Source: Gammaproteobacteria bacterium (GTDB lineage: Bacteria; Pseudomonadota; Gammaproteobacteria; Natronospirales; REEB76). From it: a stretch of 64,000 nucleotides of DNA. The notes below the pieces were generated by a model. It was not told the DNA's origin, did not search any database, and worked only from the letters and a program-made list of their open reading frames with translations. The stretch spans positions 5,340 through 69,339 of the forward strand of contig JBAWFD010000078.1 in assembly GCA_049591615.1 (NCBI GenBank). The letters are read 5' to 3'. Every line of letters begins with the position of its first letter. The first letter of the stretch is position 1. The translations under genes and the position numbers were made by a program. Shown here piece after piece: positions 39,392 through 47,781 of this stretch.

Positions 39392-40156
39392 TCACGCGGG
39401 CGCTTTTAATGTTGAGTTTGCTGTTTGTTTTGCTGAAGATTCGACGCGCAAATCCACTTCCCCGATATTGACGCTCAAGTGCATGCGGTCGGGACCCTTG
39501 CCATTGAGATCGATGCTGCGGCCAAGACCGCTGTGCTCACCGGCATGGCTGAGGTATTTGCCGTTCATATATAACGCGGCTTCACCGATATTGCTGGACA
39601 GTGCAATATCGCCCGGTTGGCTTGTGCCGGTAGTTACGCTGATCTGACCCACGTTGACCTTAGCGCTCAAAACTCCACGCGGGACGTCCATATCCAGCTC
39701 ACCGACATTTAATACTGTCTGCACGCCACCGGCGATACCGTCGATGGTCGCCTCACCGACTTTCATATTCAAATCCACGGCCATGCGCACCGGCACCTGT
39801 ACATTCCATTTTTGCTTGACGTCGTCGTTGCTCAATTTCCCGGATGTAGTCAGCATCAAGATCAGGCGCTGACCCTGCTGCTGTTGGGCAATCTGCGCTG
39901 CCTGAATTTCCTGTGTGGTTGCACGGCTCTGCCAGTGGAAAAACCACAGGAATTCACGGGATTTTTGTTCGAGGCTGACCTGTACATGCACGGCATCATC
40001 CGTGGACGGTGTGATATGAAGCTCCCCGACACCAGCGGTGATGGCGACAGTATTGATGCCTGATGCGGGAATTTCCGTATTCAGGATACGTGGGGCAGCC
40101 GCCTGCGCCAACAGCGGTAATGCCAGCAATAAAACCAGAATGGCGATACATTTCAT
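39392..40156 (-). CDS. Secreted beta-helix protein, DUF4097/'putative adhesin'-like
   Basis: Signal peptide MKCIAILVLLLALPLLAQA. Repeated short beta-strand units of the type VG(E/Q)xxV occur throughout (GVGELHITP, KVGEATIDG, NVGELDMDV, NVGQISVTT, NIGEAALYM, NIGEVDLRV). This is the last gene of the GntR-ABC run. Confidence 0.6.
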   Translation of the reverse strand: MKCIAILVLLLALPLLAQAAAPRILNTEIPASGINTVAITAGVGELHITPSTDDAVHVQVSLEQKSREFLWFFHWQSRATTQEIQAAQIAQQQQGQRLILMLTTSGKLSNDDVKQKWNVQVPVRMAVDLNMKVGEATIDGIAGGVQTVLNVGELDMDVPRGVLSAKVNVGQISVTTGTSQPGDIALSSNIGEAALYMNGKYLSHAGEHSGLGRSIDLNGKGPDRMHLSVNIGEVDLRVESSAKQTANSTLKAPA

Positions 40157-40199
40157 GGTTGGGGCTTCTGTAAAATGCAGCATCCAATCCGGTGAATGC

Positions 40200-41150
40200 C
40201 TAGATTTCAGAGCGGTTACGGCGCAACCAGATGGCGCCGAACACGAAGAGCGCTCCGATGGCTATACCGATCCACATCTCCGGCTGGGCGAACACACGCG
40301 CCAGCGAACCTAATGTCATAAGCGGGCTATGGCTTGCAACCATATCGGACTTATCGCCGATCTCGATGCCCGAGCCGATAGTCACACCGTTGACCGTATA
40401 ATGCCCGCTCATGACCATGGTGAACAGCCTGGCGATGTGGCCGAAGATCGCACCGGACAGATAATGTGTACCGATGAACAAGCGTTCCACGATCATGGCA
40501 CCCAGCGGAATCAGTACGGCCCACGCCAGCACCAGCTTCCTGGCCCACGCGGAACACAACAGGAACCACCCGAAGAATGGTATCAGCCACAAGGACTGTA
40601 CGATCAGTGCGAATGCCAGGGTAATCCAGGCAAGGATAATAGTGACCGGCTGAAAAGCCAGCGGCAGTACATGTACGCCGAGTATGGACAAAGTGATGAT
40701 AAACAAAATACCCGTGATGATCTCAGTGACCATGACTGCCGCCACCATCAAAGCCGGAGCGGTCACCATACCGGTAAATAGTTTGGAGAGTACTGTGCTG
40801 GTATCGGAGACCGGCATCGACTTCCAGAACAGCACGCTGCGGTCCTTGCGGTCGGCATATAGGGAGTCCATAAGATAAAACCACACCATAAACAGCATGA
40901 CCGTATTAAATAACGCCGCGCTGCCGAAAATGAATGCGCGTACGACTTGGACCTGATCAACACCCGTTAGATTTACATTGCCATTAATGTTGATCAAGCC
41001 TTGGTGAGTGGTAACCAGCAGCGCCCCGCAGCCATACAGGGTAAATAATATCCCCAGACAACCGATCACGGCGGGCACGATCCAGAAGGATTTGTGCTCC
41101 CAGATCTCGCGTTTGACGAGGGCTGAATAAGCTCGCAGGGTGTTGTTCAT
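40200..41150 (-). CDS. ABC-2-type transporter permease
   Basis: 316-aa polytopic protein. Its ATG overlaps the ATPase stop (ATGA at 41147-41150). Confidence 0.7.
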   Translation of the reverse strand: MNNTLRAYSALVKREIWEHKSFWIVPAVIGCLGILFTLYGCGALLVTTHQGLININGNVNLTGVDQVQVVRAFIFGSAALFNTVMLFMVWFYLMDSLYADRKDRSVLFWKSMPVSDTSTVLSKLFTGMVTAPALMVAAVMVTEIITGILFIITLSILGVHVLPLAFQPVTIILAWITLAFALIVQSLWLIPFFGWFLLCSAWARKLVLAWAVLIPLGAMIVERLFIGTHYLSGAIFGHIARLFTMVMSGHYTVNGVTIGSGIEIGDKSDMVASHSPLMTLGSLARVFAQPEMWIGIAIGALFVFGAIWLRRNRSEI

Positions 41151-42004
41151 TGCATGGCTCCTTGCATCTTCGCGACGAACAGGTCGGCGATGCTGGGTGT
41201 ATGCATCTCACCGAGAGCTGCCAGTTTGTCGCGATCTGTCCCTTCGAACAGGAACAATTTTTTGCCGAAAATCTCGCGCTCATTGATTGGATTGAGCGCC
41301 TGTGCAGCGCCGACTTTGTCAATCGGTACCAGCACCTCTGAATATTTTTCCGTCACACCTTCCATGGAATCATCCAGCACGATCTTGCCGTTGTTGATGA
41401 ACATCAGATGGGTGAGCAATTTTTCCACTTCTTCTACTTGGTGTGTGGTGACCAGGATGGTGCGCTTCTCGTCGAAATAATCGTTCAGCAGGTTCGAGTA
41501 AAACTCCTTGCGGTAGAGGATATCCAGACCAATAGTCGGCTCGTCCAGTACCAGCAACTTGGCATCGATAGCCATGATCAACGCCAGATGCAGTTGCGTG
41601 ACCATACCCTTGGATAATTGACCTACCTTGCTCTTCTGCGAAATCTTGGTGCGCTCCAGGAAATGTTTGGCGCGCGCGCGGCTGAAGCGTGGATGCACGG
41701 CTTCCACGAACTCGATGGCATCCGCCACCTTGAGCCAACGTGGCAGGGTGGCCACGTCGGCGATGAAACACACATCCTGCATGAGCTGACGACGTGACAT
41801 GCGTGGATCGTGGCCCAACACATCCAGTTCGCCTTCGAAATTGGTGAGTCCGAGGATGGCCTTGAGGGCCGTGGTCTTGCCGGCGCCGTTGGGACCTATG
41901 AGCCCTACGATGCGGCCCTCTTCGATATCGAAATCCACCTTGTCGAGCGCGCGCAGACTGCCGTAATTCTTGCTCAGTCCGCGGGCTTGTACCAGCATGC
42001 TCAT
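41147..42004 (-). CDS. ABC transporter ATP-binding protein
   Basis: Walker A GPNGAGKTT, signature-like LSKGMVTQL and Walker B LLVLDEPT. I set the start at MSMLVQARGL (ATG 42002-42004), overlapping the GntR stop (ATGA). Confidence 0.88.
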   Translation of the reverse strand: MSMLVQARGLSKNYGSLRALDKVDFDIEEGRIVGLIGPNGAGKTTALKAILGLTNFEGELDVLGHDPRMSRRQLMQDVCFIADVATLPRWLKVADAIEFVEAVHPRFSRARAKHFLERTKISQKSKVGQLSKGMVTQLHLALIMAIDAKLLVLDEPTIGLDILYRKEFYSNLLNDYFDEKRTILVTTHQVEEVEKLLTHLMFINNGKIVLDDSMEGVTEKYSEVLVPIDKVGAAQALNPINEREIFGKKLFLFEGTDRDKLAALGEMHTPSIADLFVAKMQGAMQ

Positions 42005-42375
42005 GATTTGCTCCGTTTGCCGTCTTCCACGGCTTTCAACAATTCCTTCACATCCAAATCCAGACGACCAATGCGTTGCAGCATCTGTGGCCACTCGGCT
42101 TTTAGGAAGGCCTCGCGTTCGTTCTTCATCAGCGCGCGGCTGGCGCCCGGTTTTACGAACATGCCCAGGCCACGGCGTTTCTCCACCAGTTCTTCGTCCA
42201 CCAGCGCCTGGTAACCCTTGAGCACCGTAAGCGGGTTGATCTGGTAATCCGCAGCCACGGCGCGCACCGATGGCAAGGGGTCGCCCTCTTTGAGGCTACC
42301 TTCCAGGATCATGGCCACCACTCGATCCCGCAGTTGGCGGTAGATGGGCGAGTTGTCGTTCCACTTCGGATCCAT
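42001..42375 (-). CDS. GntR family transcriptional regulator, short YtrA-type
   Basis: 124 aa. Winged-HTH IYRQLRDRVVAMILEGSLKEGDPLPSVRAVAADYQINPLTVLKGYQALVDEELV with only a short C-terminal extension. GGGAGG SD upstream. Confidence 0.85.
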   Translation of the reverse strand: MDPKWNDNSPIYRQLRDRVVAMILEGSLKEGDPLPSVRAVAADYQINPLTVLKGYQALVDEELVEKRRGLGMFVKPGASRALMKNEREAFLKAEWPQMLQRIGRLDLDVKELLKAVEDGKRSKS

Positions 42376-42391
42376 GTATTCCTCCCTTGCT

Positions 42392-42409
42392 GCTCTAGCG
42401 TACTAGAGC
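42392..42409. promoter_or_regulatory. Perfect 7-4-7 inverted repeat upstream of the GntR gene (candidate operator or RNA hairpin)
   Basis: GCTCTAG-CGTA-CTAGAGC lies 17-34 nt upstream of the GntR ATG (42375). It sits in the 51-nt gap after the repeat-protein gene. Confidence 0.4.
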
Positions 42410-42426
42410 GCTAAGTGCGGTGTACC

Positions 42427-42909
42427 TTAGCTGCCCGAATGCTCAAACACCAGCGCGTTGAATGCCCACAGAGCTGTGCCCGCATCCAGGTAATTGCCGG
42501 GAGTGAATGACTTCAGCCCCTCAACCAGAGAGGTGCTCACCAGGTCTTCTGCGGTGACTGCCCCGGTGGCGGGTGCGTTGCCTGTGACTACGGCATCAGC
42601 GATCTCCGCCCGCTGTTCGGCGGTCGGCTGCACCACGATGGACCCGAGTGCGATGGTATTCTGCCTCGGGCGTTGCACGCCGCGGGTTTCCGCATAGCGC
42701 CAATCGGCATCGCTGGGTGTGACCACGATGACTCCGAGGTTTACGCTGCGGGTATCAACATCCTCCGGGGTGACAACGATGGTGCCCAGCTGAATGGTAT
42801 TAGCCTGTGTGTAGGTGTAGTGCTGCAAGGCCATACCAGAGACTACAGCGATGGCAGCGATGTTTAAGGTGATTGTGACGGCAATAAGCGTTTTGCGGGT
42901 GGTGTTCAT
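42427..42909 (-). CDS. Membrane-anchored hypothetical protein with three LGxIVVxP repeats
   Basis: 160 aa with an N-terminal TM anchor (TLIAVTITLNIAAIAVVSGMAL). It then carries IQLGTIVVTPED, VNLGVIVVTPSD and IALGSIVVQPTA. No family recognised. Confidence 0.6.
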   Translation of the reverse strand: MNTTRKTLIAVTITLNIAAIAVVSGMALQHYTYTQANTIQLGTIVVTPEDVDTRSVNLGVIVVTPSDADWRYAETRGVQRPRQNTIALGSIVVQPTAEQRAEIADAVVTGNAPATGAVTAEDLVSTSLVEGLKSFTPGNYLDAGTALWAFNALVFEHSGS

Positions 42910-43174
42910 GGTAGTGCTCCTGACTTTCCTCAGACTCGGCCCACGGCTTTTCAGTAACGGTGTTGTAGATAACTATAACACTAGGAATTAAAAACGCAAG
43001 GGTCTGGGAAGAAATTTTCATCAGCTTGGAAATGGCTATGAATATCAATGTGTTACAAACTATAAACTTGGGTTTCCAATACCCTGAACCGCTTGGTCGA
43101 GGTGATCGTAACGCGGCCGGTAAAATAAACCCCTCTGACATACTGGACAACACTACTACACAGGAATCCCGCGC

Positions 43175-44215
43175 ATGCTGATTTACGGCGCCTATGGCTA
43201 TACCGGTTCGCTGGTCGTGGAAGCCGCCCTCGAACAGGGTTTGCGCCCCCTGCTGGCTGGGCGCGATGCCGCCAAACTAAAACCCTTGGCCGAGCGCTTC
43301 GGCCTGCCCTATAAAGCCTTCGATCTGCAGGATGCGGCGACTTTAGACCAGGCCTTCAAAGAACAGCGTCTGGTACTCAACTGCGCCGGTCCCTTTACGC
43401 AGACATTCCGGCCCGTGGCGGCGGCGTGCCTGCGCCAGCGGGTTCACTATCTGGATATCACCGGTGAAATCGAGGTCTTCGAGAAACTGGCAGCTATGAA
43501 TCAGGAAGCCTTGCAAGCCGGCGTGATGCTGCTGCCGGGCGTGGGATTCGACGTGGTACCCACAGATTGTCTCGCTGCCCATCTTAAGGATCGCCTGCCA
43601 TCGGCTACCCATCTGGCGTTGGCCTTCCGTGCGGGCGGCGGTTTTTCCCGCGGTAGCCGCCGCACCATGCTGGAGGGTCTTGGCCGCAGCGGTGCGGTAC
43701 GTCGCGATGGCCACATCACTCCGGTAGCGGCGGCCTGGAAAACCCGCCTGCTGGATTTTGGGGACGGCCGCTTGCGTGAGGTCGTCAGCATCCCCTGGGG
43801 GGATGTGGCCACAGCCTGGTACAGCACCGGCATCCCCAACATCGAGACTTATGCCGCCTTGCCGCCAGCGCAAATCCGAGCGTTGCGTCTAAGCCGCCAC
43901 CTTGGATGGTTATTGCGTAGCCGCTTGTTGCGCACCCAGATCAAGCGTCGTATTGACAGCAATAAGGCCGGACCCGATGCCGCCACCCGCCGAGGAACAG
44001 AGAGCCTAGTCTGGGGTGAAGTGCGCGCGCAGGACCAATGTGTGCAGAGCCGTCTACGCTGCGGCAACGGCTATAGCTTTACGGCACGCTCGGCGGTGGC
44101 CGCCGCCAGACGTGTGCTCGGCGGTGACCTCAAACCCGGATTCCAGACGCCAGCGCGCGCCTTCGGCATCGGTTTCGTGCTGGCGTTGGGTGCACGCATA
44201 ACCGACCTGCCGTGA
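43175..44215 (+). CDS. Saccharopine dehydrogenase-like NAD(P)-binding oxidoreductase
   Basis: 346 aa with N-terminal Rossmann motif MLIYGAYGYTGSLV and the layout of the Sacchrp_dh_NADP family. Confidence 0.7.
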   Translation: MLIYGAYGYTGSLVVEAALEQGLRPLLAGRDAAKLKPLAERFGLPYKAFDLQDAATLDQAFKEQRLVLNCAGPFTQTFRPVAAACLRQRVHYLDITGEIEVFEKLAAMNQEALQAGVMLLPGVGFDVVPTDCLAAHLKDRLPSATHLALAFRAGGGFSRGSRRTMLEGLGRSGAVRRDGHITPVAAAWKTRLLDFGDGRLREVVSIPWGDVATAWYSTGIPNIETYAALPPAQIRALRLSRHLGWLLRSRLLRTQIKRRIDSNKAGPDAATRRGTESLVWGEVRAQDQCVQSRLRCGNGYSFTARSAVAAARRVLGGDLKPGFQTPARAFGIGFVLALGARITDLP

Positions 44216-44327
44216 TCCAAACCCGGCTGTGCGCCGGTGTTAAAATAGGTATTCCACTTTTTCGCGTGTCTGCGCGCAGCTTGCGGCAGTGCCGGTATTC
44301 ACTCAACCCACTGGAGATTCAATCACC

Positions 44328-45314
44328 ATGGCCAACAAAAAGCCTGTACGCATCGCCATCACTGGTGCCGCCGGACAGATCGGCTACCAGCTTATTTTCC
44401 GCATCGCGGCCGGCGACCTGTTCGGTGCACAGCAGCCGGTGATTCTACAACTGCTGGAAGTCACCCCGGCTCTGGGTGCCCTCAAGGGCGTGGTCATGGA
44501 ACTCAACGACTGCGCTTTCCCGAGCGTGGCCGGTATCGTGGCCAGCGACGATCCCGAGTTGGCCTTCAAGGATGCGGATTTCGCGATCCTCGTAGGCGCC
44601 AAGCCCCGCGGTCCTGGGATGGAGCGTAAGGACCTATTATTGGAAAACGCCAAGATTTTCTCGACCCAAGGCAAAGCCATCAACAAAGTGGCAAAAAAGA
44701 ACATCAAGGTGCTGGTGGTCGGCAATCCGGCCAATACCAACGCCCTGATCACAGCCACCAACGCGCCGCGCATCAACAAGCAGAACATCACCTCCATGAT
44801 GCGCCTGGACCATAACCGCGCCGCTTCGCAGCTGGCCGCCAAGACTGGTGCACATGTGAACGAGGTGAAACACTTGGCGATCTGGGGCAATCACTCATCG
44901 ACCCAGTACCCTGACATCCATCAAGCTACCATCAAAGGCAGGCCGGCGGTTAAGCTGGTAGATGAGGATTGGGTAAAGAATGAATTCATCCCCACGGTGC
45001 AGCAGCGCGGTGCCGCCATCATCAAGGCACGTGGGGCATCATCCGCCGCCTCTGCGGCTTCCGCTGCCATCGATCACATGCGTGACTGGGTGACAGGCAG
45101 CAAAAATCAGTGGGTCAGCATGGGTGTGCCTTCCGACGGTAGCTATGGCATCCAGAAAGGCATCATCTACGGCTTCCCGGTGGTGTGCACTAAGGGCAAC
45201 TACAAGATTGTGAAGGGGCTCAAGCCAGGGCCATTTTCACTGCAACGTATGCACGCCACCGAAGCAGAGTTGCTGGAAGAGCGTGCGGGCGTTAAGGACT
45301 TGTTGGGTAGCTGA
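44328..45314 (+). CDS. mdh: Malate dehydrogenase
   Basis: N-terminus [20 protein letters not shown], plus NPANTNA and MRLDHNRA motifs. I used the ATG at 44328 rather than the longest ORF start at 44289. Confidence 0.92.
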   Translation: MANKKPVRIAITGAAGQIGYQLIFRIAAGDLFGAQQPVILQLLEVTPALGALKGVVMELNDCAFPSVAGIVASDDPELAFKDADFAILVGAKPRGPGMERKDLLLENAKIFSTQGKAINKVAKKNIKVLVVGNPANTNALITATNAPRINKQNITSMMRLDHNRAASQLAAKTGAHVNEVKHLAIWGNHSSTQYPDIHQATIKGRPAVKLVDEDWVKNEFIPTVQQRGAAIIKARGASSAASAASAAIDHMRDWVTGSKNQWVSMGVPSDGSYGIQKGIIYGFPVVCTKGNYKIVKGLKPGPFSLQRMHATEAELLEERAGVKDLLGS

Positions 45315-45338
45315 ACAACTTCTCTCAAGCAGAAAATT

Positions 45339-45374
45339 AAAAGGGCCGCTGTGAATCACTGCGGCCCTTTTGTC
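45339..45374. terminator. Bidirectional rho-independent terminator between convergent mdh and the S10 peptidase gene
   Basis: AAAAGGGCCGC (45339-45349) pairs with GCGGCCCTTTT (45361-45371), giving an 11-bp stem (7 G:C). There is an A-tract on the left and a T-tract on the right. Confidence 0.8.
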
Positions 45375-45402
45375 ATCTGCAACTATGCAGACTCAAGTCC
45401 CA

Positions 45403-46965
45403 TCACTTATGGGTCGACTCGATGAACTTAGCAGTGTTGTCATGTATGGCTTTGAGAGACGGTATATGCGCGTACACCATGTGGCCGGAATCGTAGAACG
45501 CATATTGGATGTTGCTCTGCAATTTATCCGGCATGGGCAGGTGGTGCATGGTGTATATCGCCGCGTAGTAGGGCGTGGCCAGATCGAAATAACCTGAGTT
45601 CAGCAGCACCTTGAGGTCCGGGTTGTAGATCATGGCGGATGCCAGGTCCGGCATCACGTTGGTGCCAAACGGCAAGGGGAAAGGCGCCCCCGGTGGCTGA
45701 TGCAGAAAGCTCCATTCGGCGAACACGTTAATTTCCGGACGGTACACCATGTCCTGGCCGAATTTCAGATCCTTGCGTACATAATCGTTGAAAGCCGAAA
45801 CATAAGCAGAGCTGATGGCGGCTGATTGTGGATCGTACTCAGTGGTTTGACTGAGCGGATCCATGACCGGACCGGAGAAGCGGCTGTCGAGACGGCCAGT
45901 GACCTCATCCGAATCCAATAGCAACTCGTGTTCAAACTCCGGGCCGGTAACGCGCAGGTTGGCTTTCAACAGATAGCTCACCGGCAATCCGGTGTAGTTA
46001 TGCAGTTGCTCCGCCATCCGCTGCTTGGCTGCCGGATCTAACGTCGAGCCGGCTTGCAACGCCTTGGTGTAGTCGTTCATTGCGAACTGCTCCACTTGCG
46101 TCAACAGCGGCTGCAGCTCAGCCGGCTGGTTCGGCAGCTTGTGATGATACCAGGCGGTGGCGGTGAAGGTGGGCAGCATTAATGCATAGGGGAGATCCAC
46201 GCCAGGGTTGGAATCGGGGAAATCGGCGTTGATGTCGAAGTTGAGGATTTCAGACAGCAGGATCACGCCGTTCAAATCTACGTCGTCGTCGGTTTCGAGA
46301 TCATTGGCGAGCACTGCCGAACGTGTGGTGCCGTAACTCTCGCCGAACAGGTATTTGGGTGAATTCCAGCGGCCGTATTTGGAGAGAAACTCCGTGATGA
46401 ACTGGGCGAACGCCTTGCCATCCGGATCCACACCGTAAAAATCCTTGGGTGTGCCCACGCCGCCCTTGTCCTTGTCGAGAACGCGGCTAAAACCGGTACC
46501 CATGGCATCGATGAACACTTCATCAGTGGCATCCAGCAGACTGTAGTCATTGTTGACCAGTTGATAAGGTGCGGCCGGGGTATGGGTATGGTCTTCGGTG
46601 ACTACACGGCGCGGACCGAAGGCGCCCATATGCAACCACACGCTGGAAGAACCGGGACCGCCGTTATAGAAGAAGGTCACGGGCCGGCTAGCAGGATTGG
46701 CGCCGTCTTTCAGATAGGCCACATAGAACATGCTGCCGGTGGGCTTGCCGTCCTTGTTCTTCAGGATAAGGGTGCCGGCTATCGCCTTGTACTTGATGCT
46801 CTGACCTTCCACCGTCACAGATCCCTGGGTGGTCGACTCCTGCGGGGAAGTGGCCGCGGCGGGTGTTGCCGCTGCGGTCTCTTTGGCGGCTGGTTTATCC
46901 GCAGCAAAGGCCGGCAGGGTCAGCGCGCACAGGGCTAACAATGTAAATAGTCTTGATTTCTGCAC
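45403..46965 (-). CDS. S10 family serine carboxypeptidase, secreted
   Basis: GGPGSSS and GESYG motifs, with signal peptide LFTLLALCALTLPAFA. The likely start is GTG 46963-46965, placed 6 nt after a GGAGA SD; the ORF-track TTG at 46971 abuts the SD. Confidence 0.8.
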   Translation of the reverse strand: MQKSRLFTLLALCALTLPAFAADKPAAKETAAATPAAATSPQESTTQGSVTVEGQSIKYKAIAGTLILKNKDGKPTGSMFYVAYLKDGANPASRPVTFFYNGGPGSSSVWLHMGAFGPRRVVTEDHTHTPAAPYQLVNNDYSLLDATDEVFIDAMGTGFSRVLDKDKGGVGTPKDFYGVDPDGKAFAQFITEFLSKYGRWNSPKYLFGESYGTTRSAVLANDLETDDDVDLNGVILLSEILNFDINADFPDSNPGVDLPYALMLPTFTATAWYHHKLPNQPAELQPLLTQVEQFAMNDYTKALQAGSTLDPAAKQRMAEQLHNYTGLPVSYLLKANLRVTGPEFEHELLLDSDEVTGRLDSRFSGPVMDPLSQTTEYDPQSAAISSAYVSAFNDYVRKDLKFGQDMVYRPEINVFAEWSFLHQPPGAPFPLPFGTNVMPDLASAMIYNPDLKVLLNSGYFDLATPYYAAIYTMHHLPMPDKLQSNIQYAFYDSGHMVYAHIPSLKAIHDNTAKFIESTHK

Positions 46966-47230
46966 GTGCAATCTCCTTTCATGAATAACTCAAGGATTGT
47001 GAGGTTCTGTGGATGCATTCAAGACACCAGTCCTGAGATACAAGTTCCCGGCAAACCGCATTATCAACTGAGCCAGGTACACGGCCCTTTTCAATGCAGT
47101 TCTGTTACGATTTTTACGCGTCCGGGAAATCAGGCAGCGCAGCATACCTCTTTCCCGCGTTTGATTAAATGCCTGTGTGCGGTAGCATCGATCTTCCGGG
47201 ACATTCCCGGCCTGCCCAAGGGGCTGCACT

Positions 47231-47665
47231 ATGTCACGCGTTAGCATCCATTTTCCAGGCGCATTCCCGTTCAGCACCGAACTGGAAGTGCGCGTCAGCG
47301 ACCTCAACTATGGCAATCATCTGGGCAACGATAGCGTGCTCACGCTGATTCACGAAGCACGCCGGCGCTTCCTGGAGTCCCTGAGTCTGGAAGAAATCGG
47401 CGTAAACGGCCTGGGTTTTGTGATCGCCGATGCGGCAATCATATACCGCGCCCAAGCATTCTATGCTGACCGCTTGCGTATCCAGGTGGCGGCTGGGGAT
47501 TTCGGCAGCCGCGGCTGTGATTTTTATTACCGCATCACCCACGTCGCCGATAGCCGTGTGTTGGCAGAAGCGAAAACCGGAACCGTGTATTTCGATTTTG
47601 GTGCGCAAAAAACCATCAGTTTTCCAGCTGATGTTCTCGCCAAGCTGCGTGATACTGTGAGCTAG
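47231..47665 (+). CDS. Hotdog-fold acyl-CoA thioesterase (4HBT/YbgC-like)
   Basis: 144 aa. RVSDLNYGNHLGNDSVLTLIHEARRRFL matches the 4HBT-type pattern. It lies upstream of fadE. Confidence 0.75.
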   Translation: MSRVSIHFPGAFPFSTELEVRVSDLNYGNHLGNDSVLTLIHEARRRFLESLSLEEIGVNGLGFVIADAAIIYRAQAFYADRLRIQVAAGDFGSRGCDFYYRITHVADSRVLAEAKTGTVYFDFGAQKTISFPADVLAKLRDTVS

Positions 47666-47781
47666 CAAACCGCGCTTAACGGTAGGTCCGAGCTGGAGTA
47701 TAGTTTTCTGGAGCTTCCCTGGTGATCGGTGACCAACTTGATTGCCAATCGACCTGTCAATAACAAGCAGGGAATAAACCC

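Noticed and set aside
47234-47668. 144-aa minus-strand ORF that mirrors the thioesterase ORF almost exactly (47231-47665, also 144 aa)
   Set aside because: It is striking by eye, but the plus-strand product has a recognisable hotdog-thioesterase pattern and sits in a thioesterase-fadE context. The antisense product has no recognisable motif and no SD. I treat it as a coincidental open antisense frame.
47679-47697. FadR-like operator upstream of fadE (AACGGTAGGTCCGAGCTGG)
   Set aside because: It shares GGTCCGA..CTG with my recollection of the E. coli FadR site (CTGGTCCGACCTG). However, the match is partial, only weakly palindromic, and my memory of the consensus is imprecise. I also cannot tell whether this lineage has FadR.
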